DNA of 64,000 bases from an uncultured Hyphomicrobiaceae bacterium. GTDB taxonomy: Bacteria; Pseudomonadota; Alphaproteobacteria; Rhizobiales; Rhodomicrobiaceae. The notes beneath the pieces were generated by a model. That model had not been told where the DNA came from. It did no database searches and saw only the letters and a program-made list of their open reading frames with translations. The position numbers and the translations under genes are program-made. The stretch covers positions 1,478-65,477 of the forward strand of contig CAYOUE010000001.1 in NCBI GenBank assembly GCA_964407075.1, written 5' to 3'. Each line of letters opens with the position of its first letter. Position 1 is the stretch's first letter. Of the stretch, positions 37,947 to 45,687 are shown in pieces.

Positions 37947-38384
37947 GTGCGCTACAGAGAGGAGTCAACGGCTTTCTGGAGACGGGGACCTGGCGTCCTG
38001 CTGACCCTCCTCGCAGCGCTTTTTCTCCATGGCTATTCAGACGAAGCCGGGGCGGCGCCATGCTCGAAAATCCGCATGATCTCGGCCTGCAAGAACGCTC
38101 CCAGCCTGAGCGGTCTCCGCCAGATCCGTCCAGGCCGACCGGCAAACGCCCGTTCCGTCCTGCAGCAGCTTCATGAAACCGAAAGCCGTTCCGACCCGCC
38201 GCGGGCCGCCTGGCGCGTGAGAACAGGCACTGGCGGCCTTGATCCCGCCCGGCTCTCCTCGCCGCCCGATCCGGCCACGATCGCCGCTCTGAGACAACTG
38301 GGCATCCCGGCGCCAGCCGGGATCCCTCCGGTCGTCATATTGTTCCCGTCCGACTCCGATGACATCGAAGACGGGATTCGCTGA
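37947..38384 (+). CDS. Hypothetical secreted protein immediately downstream of the curlin genes
   Basis: GTG start 24 nt after the curlin stop, preceded by agagagg. Hydrophobic N-terminus (GVLLTLLAALFLHG), a C-x9-C pair and GC3 similar to neighbouring genes by eye. No family recognised. Confidence 0.4.
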   Translation: MRYREESTAFWRRGPGVLLTLLAALFLHGYSDEAGAAPCSKIRMISACKNAPSLSGLRQIRPGRPANARSVLQQLHETESRSDPPRAAWRVRTGTGGLDPARLSSPPDPATIAALRQLGIPAPAGIPPVVILFPSDSDDIEDGIR

Positions 38385-38689
38385 TGCCTCGATCCTGACT
38401 GAGTCAAAAGCCGGAGTTCGGGAAAATTGACGCATGAACAAAGTGCTGATGCGCCAATGCGTGAATCATATGAATTCGTCAGGGTCTGGTCCGTTCTCGC
38501 AGAATCGGAAGCAAGTTCTGTCTGGCTGACTCAAAGCGTATTTACCCCATCCCGGCTCAAGGCCGGGACAGGCAACCGGTTGCTGCCCCGTTTTCGCAAG
38601 GCCAGGCATTTTCGCAATGCGCTCCAGCAATTCGCGCTTTCCGGGGATGGCAATCCAGAACAGAGCCGGGAGATTGAAGTCGCCGCGCT

Positions 38690-39454
38690 TCAGCTTTCGG
38701 CCGAGGGTCCGCTTTGGACATCCGCAAGCACGAAGCGAAGGATCATGTCGCCGACATGCCTTCGCAGCATCGACTGGCCCTGCCCGGTGAAAAGCTCATT
38801 GCCGAAGATGTGCGAAAAGGTCGGCCGGTTAGAGACGTTGAAGTAACACATCGCCGAAATGTGCCAGTGAAGCTCGACCGCCGACAGGCCGCTGCGGAAA
38901 ATTCCGCTCTCGCAACCTCGCCGGTAGATGTCCTCAAGATGCTGGATGACGGTGCTGTTCCGCCAGGGCATGTTCGCGGACTGCGCCATGTTCCGGCCTT
39001 CGTGGATGTTCTCGATCATCACGAGCCGGATGAAGTACTTGTTCGCTCGATGGTGATCGAAGGTGAATTCAGCCAGCTTCCGCAGAGCATCCACGGGGGA
39101 GACTTTGGCGAGATCCAGCTTGTCCTCGGCGCGCCGCATTCGCTCATAGGCATATTCAAGAACCGCTCTGTACAGCCCTTCCTTGTCGCCGAAGTAATAG
39201 TAGATCATGCGCTTCGACGTTTCGGTGCGGGCGGCGATCTCGTCGACGCGGGCTCCGGAAAAACCTCTCTCCGCGAAGACCGCCAGAGCGACCTCAAGAA
39301 TATTCGCCTTAACGCGATCCGGATCCTGCTTCCAGCCTCTCCGCGCGGAGTCGTCTCCTGAATTGCCGGCCGCCGTTTCGCTCAGAGCTTCGTCTCCCAT
39401 TCCCTGATCCGGCATCCTGCGCAAGGGTTTACACCCCAAAGGGACTTTGGACAT
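38690..39454 (-). CDS. TetR/AcrR-family transcriptional regulator
   Basis: HTH segment ILEVALAVFAERGFSGARVDEIAARTETSKRMIYYYFGDKEGLY. The start is either 39454 or 39415. Confidence 0.88.
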   Translation of the reverse strand: MSKVPLGCKPLRRMPDQGMGDEALSETAAGNSGDDSARRGWKQDPDRVKANILEVALAVFAERGFSGARVDEIAARTETSKRMIYYYFGDKEGLYRAVLEYAYERMRRAEDKLDLAKVSPVDALRKLAEFTFDHHRANKYFIRLVMIENIHEGRNMAQSANMPWRNSTVIQHLEDIYRRGCESGIFRSGLSAVELHWHISAMCYFNVSNRPTFSHIFGNELFTGQGQSMLRRHVGDMILRFVLADVQSGPSAES

Positions 39455-39562
39455 CGGAAGTCTTAACCGTCTGATACATTATATAGACATAATTAACTAA
39501 TCAGTACAATATGAATTCCCATCAGATCGTATCAGCGGCCTTTCCTGATCGGGTCGCAGCGC

Positions 39563-39754
39563 TGGGTGTTCGACACCGTCTACACGCCCGTCGAGACCGC
39601 GTTTCTGGGCGACGCCCGGGCACGCAGCGTCGAAATCTTGAGCGGATACGAGCTTTTCCTCCACTAACGAGTGGACGCGTTCCGCATATTTACTGGCTAC
39701 TCCAAGAACATTCCTGAACTCAGACAGATGTTAAAAAACTTGGATGAGGAATGA
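39563..39754 (+). pseudogene. Remnant of the C-terminus of a shikimate/quinate dehydrogenase (AroE-like) gene with an in-frame stop
   Basis: The frame reads WVFDTVYTPVETAFLGDARARSVEILSGYELFLH*RVDAFRIFTGYSKNIPELRQMLKNL. This matches the conserved AroE C-terminal pattern (V(Y/F)D.VY.P..T.FL..A...G....G.EML..Q...AF..(W/F)TG). TAA at 39665-39667 replaces the expected Gln. No N-terminal part is present. Confidence 0.6.
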
Positions 39755-40109
39755 ATTCTCCCACATTCTCAGGCGGCTGCCTGCTTTTTATCAGGAGGCC
39801 ACGAATCGCTTCTGTCTTGCAGGGCCTGAGTAAACCTTTAACGCTCCCCTATTCGGAGCCTTGGCCATGCGTGCTTCGAGCTTCGATTGATGTCGGATAT
39901 TCTGTATCAGCGGAGCATCTGGCTTGATCGTTGCGGCGCAGTCTGCTCTTCCTCGACAGAATGTGCGACGGATCCGAGGCTTTTGTCCATTGGCCTGCGT
40001 TTATTCCAGTCATTCGATGGTGCCTGATTGTCCCGCAAGAGGAGCAGACCATTTATCGGAATGTACTGCCTGCATTCTCCCGTAAAGCCAAGGATTGCTC
40101 AACCCCAAC

Positions 40110-40448
40110 ATGATATCGATCGGCATCTACATCGCTGCGGCATTCGCTGAAATTGCGGGATGCTTTGCGTTCTGGGCTTGGCTTCGGCTCGGAAAATCCG
40201 TTCTCTGGATGTTGCCGGGCATGGCGGCGCTCGCCCTGTTCGCGTATCTGCTGACGAAGATCGACAGTGATTTCGCCGGCCGCGCCTATGCCGCCTATGG
40301 CGGCGTCTATATCGCCGCCTCGATTTTATGGCTCTGGATCATCGAAGGCCGTATGCCCGATCGCTGGGATGTTGCGGGCGGACTGATCTGCCTTGCCGGA
40401 GCGGCTGTCATCCTGTGGGGGCGGCAGATTTCGTCCGCCGGCGGATGA
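40110..40448 (+). CDS. ynfA: YnfA-family (UPF0060) small membrane protein
   Basis: [18 protein letters not shown]...[19 protein letters not shown] parallels E. coli YnfA. ATG at 40110 preferred over TTG at 40095. Confidence 0.85.
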   Translation: MISIGIYIAAAFAEIAGCFAFWAWLRLGKSVLWMLPGMAALALFAYLLTKIDSDFAGRAYAAYGGVYIAASILWLWIIEGRMPDRWDVAGGLICLAGAAVILWGRQISSAGG

Positions 40449-40475
40449 GCGCGGCTGGAGCCGCGCTGACCTGGC

Positions 40476-41981
40476 TTACCGGATGTCTTCCGGAAGCACC
40501 GCATCAGGCATGTTCTGATAGCAGACCGGGCGCAGGAAGCGCCGGATCGACATGGTGCCGACGGAGGTCGCGCCGAAATTGGTCGAAGCCGGGTAAGGCC
40601 CGCCATGAACCATCGCATCGCAGACTTCAACGCCGGTCGGGTAGCCGTTGGCGAGCAGGCGGCCAGCCTTGCGCTCAAGGATCGGCGTCAGCTTGCGCGC
40701 GAGCTGCGTATCGCCCTCGTCCATATGGAGGGTCGCCGTGAGCTGGCCGTGCAGGCTATGGGCGATGGCGATCATCTCATCCTCGTTCTCGACAGTGACG
40801 ACGATGCCGAGCGGCCCGAAAACCTCCTCGCCGAGATCCTCATTGGCCAGCCACGCCTTGCCCGTCGAGCGGAACAGATAAGGCGCAGCGTTGCGCATGT
40901 CACAGGTCGACGTCAGCAGTTCCTGCACGCCGCCGACCCCGCGCACCCGGTCGCGTCCCGCGCGGTACGCTTGCGCGATCCCGTCCGTGAGCATGGTCTG
41001 CGGACCGACTTCGCCCAGCGCGGCGCTTACGGCCTGCACGAACGACTCGGTGTCCGGCCCCGCCAGCATGAAGACGACGCCAGGATTGGTGCAGAACTGG
41101 CCTGCGCCCATCGTCAGAGATCCGCTCCAGCCTTTCGCGATGGCCTCGCCACGCGCCGCGACCGCTTTCGGAAGCAGGAACATCGGGTTGACCGAGCCGA
41201 GTTCGCCGAAAAACGGGATGGGATCGGGGCGCTGTGCGCAAAGGTCGAACAGCGCCCGTCCGCCCGCCAGAGAGCCGGTGAAACCGACCGCCCGGATCAG
41301 AGGATGCTGCACCAGCGCCTGGCCGACTTCGCGGTTGCCACCCTGCACCTGGCTGAAGACGCCGGGATGCACGCCGCTGGCCTTGATTGCTGCGTCGATC
41401 GCCTGGGCCACGAGATCGGATACGCCGGGATGGGCGGAATGCCCCTTGACGATCACCGGACATCCCGCCGCAAGCGCCGAGGCCGTATCGCCCCCCGCCG
41501 TCGAAAAGGCCAGCGGGAAGTTCGATGCGCCGAAAACGGCCACAGGGCCGACCGGACGCTGCATCAGCCGCAGGTCGGGGCGCGGCAGCGGCTCGCGGTC
41601 GGGCAGCGCCTTGTCATGGCGGCGGTCGAGATAGTCGCCCTTCTCGATGTGATCGGCAAACAGGCGCAATTGGCCCACCGTGCGTCCGCGCTCACCGTTG
41701 AGCCGCGCGGCGGGCAGGCCGGTTTCGCGCACGCCGATATCGGTAATGGCTTCGCCGCGCGCTTCGATTTCGTCCGCGATCCTACGCAGGAATGCGGCGC
41801 GTTCGCTGCGCGCCGAATAGCCGTAGCTCCAGAAAGCCTCCTCCGCTTCACGCGCGGCCTTGTCCACAATGGCGGGAGTGCCCACAGCAAAGCCGAACGG
41901 CTCGCCTTCTACCGGTGCGTTCTGAAACGTCTCGCTTCCTGCGACCCATTCGCCGGCGATCAGATGTTTTCCGATAAGCAT
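40476..41981 (-). CDS. NADP+-dependent aldehyde dehydrogenase, alpha-ketoglutaric semialdehyde dehydrogenase-like
   Basis: ALDH-superfamily length and motifs (FTGS, ELGSVNP, catalytic Cys in GQFCTNPG). The N-terminus is typical of the KGSADH clade. Confidence 0.8.
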   Translation of the reverse strand: MLIGKHLIAGEWVAGSETFQNAPVEGEPFGFAVGTPAIVDKAAREAEEAFWSYGYSARSERAAFLRRIADEIEARGEAITDIGVRETGLPAARLNGERGRTVGQLRLFADHIEKGDYLDRRHDKALPDREPLPRPDLRLMQRPVGPVAVFGASNFPLAFSTAGGDTASALAAGCPVIVKGHSAHPGVSDLVAQAIDAAIKASGVHPGVFSQVQGGNREVGQALVQHPLIRAVGFTGSLAGGRALFDLCAQRPDPIPFFGELGSVNPMFLLPKAVAARGEAIAKGWSGSLTMGAGQFCTNPGVVFMLAGPDTESFVQAVSAALGEVGPQTMLTDGIAQAYRAGRDRVRGVGGVQELLTSTCDMRNAAPYLFRSTGKAWLANEDLGEEVFGPLGIVVTVENEDEMIAIAHSLHGQLTATLHMDEGDTQLARKLTPILERKAGRLLANGYPTGVEVCDAMVHGGPYPASTNFGATSVGTMSIRRFLRPVCYQNMPDAVLPEDIR

Positions 41982-42015
41982 GATTTCACGTTTCCCTGTT
42001 CAGACTGGGTGCGGG

Positions 42016-43017
42016 TCAGAGCGCCTGCACGGTAATGAGTTCACCATCGCTCCCGCTGCGGTCCAGCCTGTGGACGTTGCGCAGCGGCAAGCCGAAGCCA
42101 GGTGCCTCGATCTCCCAGACATCGCCGTCCTCAACCTTGATACCATCGCTGAAGGACAGTGTCGCGGTCCCGAACATATGAACATGCGCATCGCCGGGCT
42201 GGCGGAACAGACCGTATTTGAAATGGTGATGCTCCAGATTGGCGATGGTGTGGGACATGTTATTCTCGCCGGACAGGAACGGCTTCTCCCAGACCGTCTC
42301 GCCATTGCGCAGAATGCGTGACATGCCCTGAATATCCTGCGGCAGGTCTCCGATCAGGATTTCGGGACCGATGCTGGCCGGGCGTAATTTGGAATGCGCA
42401 AGATAAAGATAGTTGATCCGCTCTGTGACGTGGTCGGAGAATTCGTTGCCAAGCGCAAAGCCGATCCGTACCGGGGTCCCGTCATCGCCGATGATGTAAA
42501 TTCCTGGGATCTCGGGTTCTTCGCCGCCGTCCAGCGCGAAGGACGGGCTTTCCAGCGCACCGCCCGGCGCGGTGAGAATGAAGCCGTTGCCCTTGTAGAA
42601 CCACTCCGGCTGCACCCCGGAACGGCCCGCCTCCGGGCGTCCGCCCTCCAGGCCCATCCTGAACATTTTCATGGAGTCGTTGAGGCTTTCCGGATCGGCC
42701 GCCGCCTTGGCGTGCATTGCGTCGCGCGCCGATGCCGAGCCCAGATGCGTCAGACCGGTGCCGGTCACGTGGAGGTGGGCCGGGTCGGGATGGGTGATCG
42801 GAGGCAGAAAGCGCTTTTCGGCATAAGCCCTGGCCAGATCGGCAGGCTCGCCCGGTCCCGCCGCTGCGATGGCCTCACCGAGGCTCTTGCCGGACCTGAG
42901 CGCCGTCATCGCCAGTTCATAGACCGAGCCTGCGCCCGGCACGAAACGTGCTTCGCCGCCATCGCGCACCGCCACTCTGGCCGTTCCGTTTTCATCCTGC
43001 ATCTGCGAAATCAGCAT
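42016..43017 (-). CDS. Fumarylacetoacetate-hydrolase-superfamily protein, GguC/AraD1-like (putative 2-keto-3-deoxy-pentonate dehydratase)
   Basis: N-terminal MLISQMQDENGTARVAVRDGG... and a C-terminal FAH-like beta-sandwich (GDVWEIEAPGFGLPLRN). The family name is recalled, not searched. Confidence 0.65.
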   Translation of the reverse strand: MLISQMQDENGTARVAVRDGGEARFVPGAGSVYELAMTALRSGKSLGEAIAAAGPGEPADLARAYAEKRFLPPITHPDPAHLHVTGTGLTHLGSASARDAMHAKAAADPESLNDSMKMFRMGLEGGRPEAGRSGVQPEWFYKGNGFILTAPGGALESPSFALDGGEEPEIPGIYIIGDDGTPVRIGFALGNEFSDHVTERINYLYLAHSKLRPASIGPEILIGDLPQDIQGMSRILRNGETVWEKPFLSGENNMSHTIANLEHHHFKYGLFRQPGDAHVHMFGTATLSFSDGIKVEDGDVWEIEAPGFGLPLRNVHRLDRSGSDGELITVQAL

Positions 43018-43138
43018 GACCCTGTCCTTGCCTGACCCGCGCTCGCCACGCTCCGATTCAGCTTAATCATTTGACGCCGGGCTTGTACATTACCGAAAGT
43101 CGCCCGAAAGCGGCGGAAGCGGAAAAGAAGGAAAAGAC

Positions 43139-43885
43139 ATGCAGGATCGGGAAAGCCCTTGCGCGGTGATTACGGGCGGAACGCGCGGCATCGGAGCGGC
43201 GCTTGCGCAATCGCTGGCCGGGCGCGGCGCGCGGCTCGTTCTGAACGGACGGGAAAAGGACGCCGAAGTCGAGGCGCTGCTGGCAGAGCTGGAGCCGAAG
43301 ACGGATGTTCGCTTCGTCGCCGGGAGCGTCGCCGATCCGTCATTCTGCATACGCCTGATCGAAGAGGCAGGCGACGCATTCGGCCGCATCGATATGCTGA
43401 TCCACAGCGCGGGAGGCGCGGTCAATGGCGGCGTGCTCGATCTGAGCGAGGACGAATGGATGCAAGCTTTCGCCGTTCATGTCCATCCGGTCTTTCATCT
43501 CTTCCGCGCTGCGCATCCCTTTCTGGCGAAGCGCGGCGGATCGGTGCTGCTGATCTCCTCCGCGGCGGGGCTGCGGGGCTGTCCGAAGACTATCGCCTAT
43601 CAGACCGTCAAGGGCGCGTTGCCGCAGATGGCCCGTGCTCTCGCCCGCGATCACGGTGCAGAGGGCATCCGCGTGAACGTCATCGCGCCAGGCATCATCG
43701 AAACCCGTTTCCACGCCGCCATGACCGATGCAGCGCGCCAGAACAACCTGGAAAACCGCATTCCGCTCAAGCGTTTCGGAACGCCGGAACAGGTGGCCAC
43801 GGCTTCGATCGAGTTGCTGACCAACGAATTCATAACCGGCGAGACGCTGGTGATCGACGGCGGCATGACGATGCGCATGGTGTAG
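43139..43885 (+). CDS. Short-chain dehydrogenase/reductase (SDR)
   Basis: TGGTRGIG cofactor motif, the YxxxK catalytic pair (YQTVKGA) and a PG motif (IAPGII). Confidence 0.88.
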   Translation: MQDRESPCAVITGGTRGIGAALAQSLAGRGARLVLNGREKDAEVEALLAELEPKTDVRFVAGSVADPSFCIRLIEEAGDAFGRIDMLIHSAGGAVNGGVLDLSEDEWMQAFAVHVHPVFHLFRAAHPFLAKRGGSVLLISSAAGLRGCPKTIAYQTVKGALPQMARALARDHGAEGIRVNVIAPGIIETRFHAAMTDAARQNNLENRIPLKRFGTPEQVATASIELLTNEFITGETLVIDGGMTMRMV

Positions 43886-43937
43886 GCCGGCGCCGTATCA
43901 TCGCCTGCGACGCAAAGGACCAAAGGGAGCAGCGGCC

Positions 43938-45071
43938 ATGACGGTTTCCACAATACAATATCTGACGACGATCCAGTTCGGGGAAGGCGCGATTGCCAGG
44001 CTCCGCGACGAACTGGACGCTCTCGGCATCGTGCGCCCGCTCGTGATTACCGACAGGCCGTTGCGAGAGGCCGGGGTCGTGGACGCAGCGCTGAAGCATC
44101 TCGAGTCTCCGCCGCCGGTTTTTGACGGCACGCCGTCCAATCCCACCGAGGATGCCTGCGATGAGGCTGCGGAGGTTTACCGGAACGGCGGATGCGACGG
44201 CCTGATCGCGATCGGCGGCGGCTCTCCGATCGACCTGGCGAAAGCCGTGGCGCTGCGTGTAACGCATGAAGGCCCGCTCGCCGGCTACGCCGTGATCGAG
44301 GGCGGGCTTGCGAGGATCGCCGCCTCCGTCGCGCCCGTCATCGCGATTCCCACCACTTCCGGCACCGGGGCCGAAGTGGGACGGGCTTCGCTGCTGACAG
44401 TCCGCGACGGGCGGAAGCTCGGCATCATCAGTCCGCATCTCATCCCGAAACGCGCCATTTGCGATCCCGAACTGACCTACGGATTGCCGCCCCGGCTGAC
44501 CGCGGCGACGGGAATGGACGCGCTCACCCATTGTTTCGAGACATTTCTCAGCCCGCGCTACAATCCGGTCGCCGACGCCATCGCGCTGGACGGTCTTGCG
44601 CGCGCCTGGCGCCATATACGCAGGGCCGTGAAGGACGGTTCAGACAGGGATGCGCGGCGGGAAATGATGATGGCTTCCCTGCAGGGCGGGCTCACTTTCC
44701 AGAAGGGGCTGGGCGCGGTCCATTCGATGTCGCATCCGCTTGGATCGGTGAAGGACGTAAACCCGCATCACGGCACGCTGAACGCGGTCATCCTGCCTCA
44801 TGTTCTGACCTATAATGAAGGCGCGGCGGCGGGCCGATATTCAGCGATACGCGAGGCTCTGGACCTGGCGCCGAATGTCGATCTGGCTGCGCAGGTCTCG
44901 GATCTCAACGCCGAAATCGGAATGCCTGCGAGCCTCGCGGAGATGGGCCTGCCGCGTGGGATCATTCCCGGCATGGCGACGGCGGCGATGGCCGACCATT
45001 CCACGCCGACAAATCCGCGCGAGATGACCGAGGATGGCTTTATCGAGCTGTTCGAAAGCGCCTTCGGCTGA
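43938..45071 (+). CDS. Iron-containing (group III) alcohol dehydrogenase
   Basis: GGGSPIDLAK, the TTSGTGAE motif and the His cluster (HSMSHPLG...HG..NA) are typical of Fe-ADHs. Confidence 0.88.
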   Translation: MTVSTIQYLTTIQFGEGAIARLRDELDALGIVRPLVITDRPLREAGVVDAALKHLESPPPVFDGTPSNPTEDACDEAAEVYRNGGCDGLIAIGGGSPIDLAKAVALRVTHEGPLAGYAVIEGGLARIAASVAPVIAIPTTSGTGAEVGRASLLTVRDGRKLGIISPHLIPKRAICDPELTYGLPPRLTAATGMDALTHCFETFLSPRYNPVADAIALDGLARAWRHIRRAVKDGSDRDARREMMMASLQGGLTFQKGLGAVHSMSHPLGSVKDVNPHHGTLNAVILPHVLTYNEGAAAGRYSAIREALDLAPNVDLAAQVSDLNAEIGMPASLAEMGLPRGIIPGMATAAMADHSTPTNPREMTEDGFIELFESAFG

Positions 45072-45089
45072 AATCCCGTTCCGTGGCGC

Positions 45090-45509
45090 TTATCCCGCGA
45101 TGCGCGCGAAGGCTTTCGCGCTTCGCATCGCCTGGGCTTTTCGCCTCACATAGAGCGGACGGACGACTGCGGCTGCTGTTTCGGAAGTCTGCTTGCGCTC
45201 CTCGCGCTCGCGCCTGCTCCAGAGCCAGTTGCGGGCTTCGCGCTGAGCTTCCGCAATCTGGGCCGCCGACATTTCGCTCGCGAGTTCCGCGCGGGCGGCG
45301 AGCGCGCCCTCATGTCCCATCATGGCGGCAAGATTGAGCCACTTGTGCGCCGCCACGAGATCATGCGCAACGTCCCGCCCGGTCGAATAGCGCATTCCCA
45401 TCACGAAAAGCGCATCGGCGTCGTTGCCGGATGCGACGTTCTCTGTAGCCGGTTCGGCCTTTTCGGCTTCTTCAGCGGGCTTTTCCGCTTCAACCAGAAG
45501 ATCACTCAT
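45090..45509 (-). CDS. Sel1-like repeat protein
   Basis: ALFVMGMRYSTGRDVAHDLVAAHKWLNLAAMMGHEGA matches the Sel1 repeat consensus. AGGA RBS before the ATG at 45509. Confidence 0.7.
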   Translation of the reverse strand: MSDLLVEAEKPAEEAEKAEPATENVASGNDADALFVMGMRYSTGRDVAHDLVAAHKWLNLAAMMGHEGALAARAELASEMSAAQIAEAQREARNWLWSRREREERKQTSETAAAVVRPLYVRRKAQAMRSAKAFARIAG

Positions 45510-45687
45510 GGACTTTTCCTGCAATACGGGCCGGATATGGGCCGGAACTCTGAAAATGCTCACGCGCTTATTCCGCGCATCAGCATGTTTAGAGTGTTAT
45601 TGAAAATTTTCTGTAAAATCGGGCAGGAAAAAACTGTCAATTCCATTAATCTGTAATATTACTTACGTTAAAACGACTTAGCTATAT

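Noticed and set aside
38427-38846. 139-aa plus-strand ORF downstream of the curli locus
   Set aside because: Its 3' third overlaps the TetR gene C-terminus on the opposite strand, and the sequence has no recognisable features. The minus-strand frame in 38440-38690 (…GDFNLPALFWIAIPGKRELLERI…) also lacks a start codon. I left the 38385-38689 interval unannotated, as it may contain another gene remnant.
39849-40113. Short ORFs (39849-40052 minus, 39931-40113 plus) in the low-GC scar
   Set aside because: There are no start-context, motif or composition features of genuine genes. They are treated as part of the decayed region.
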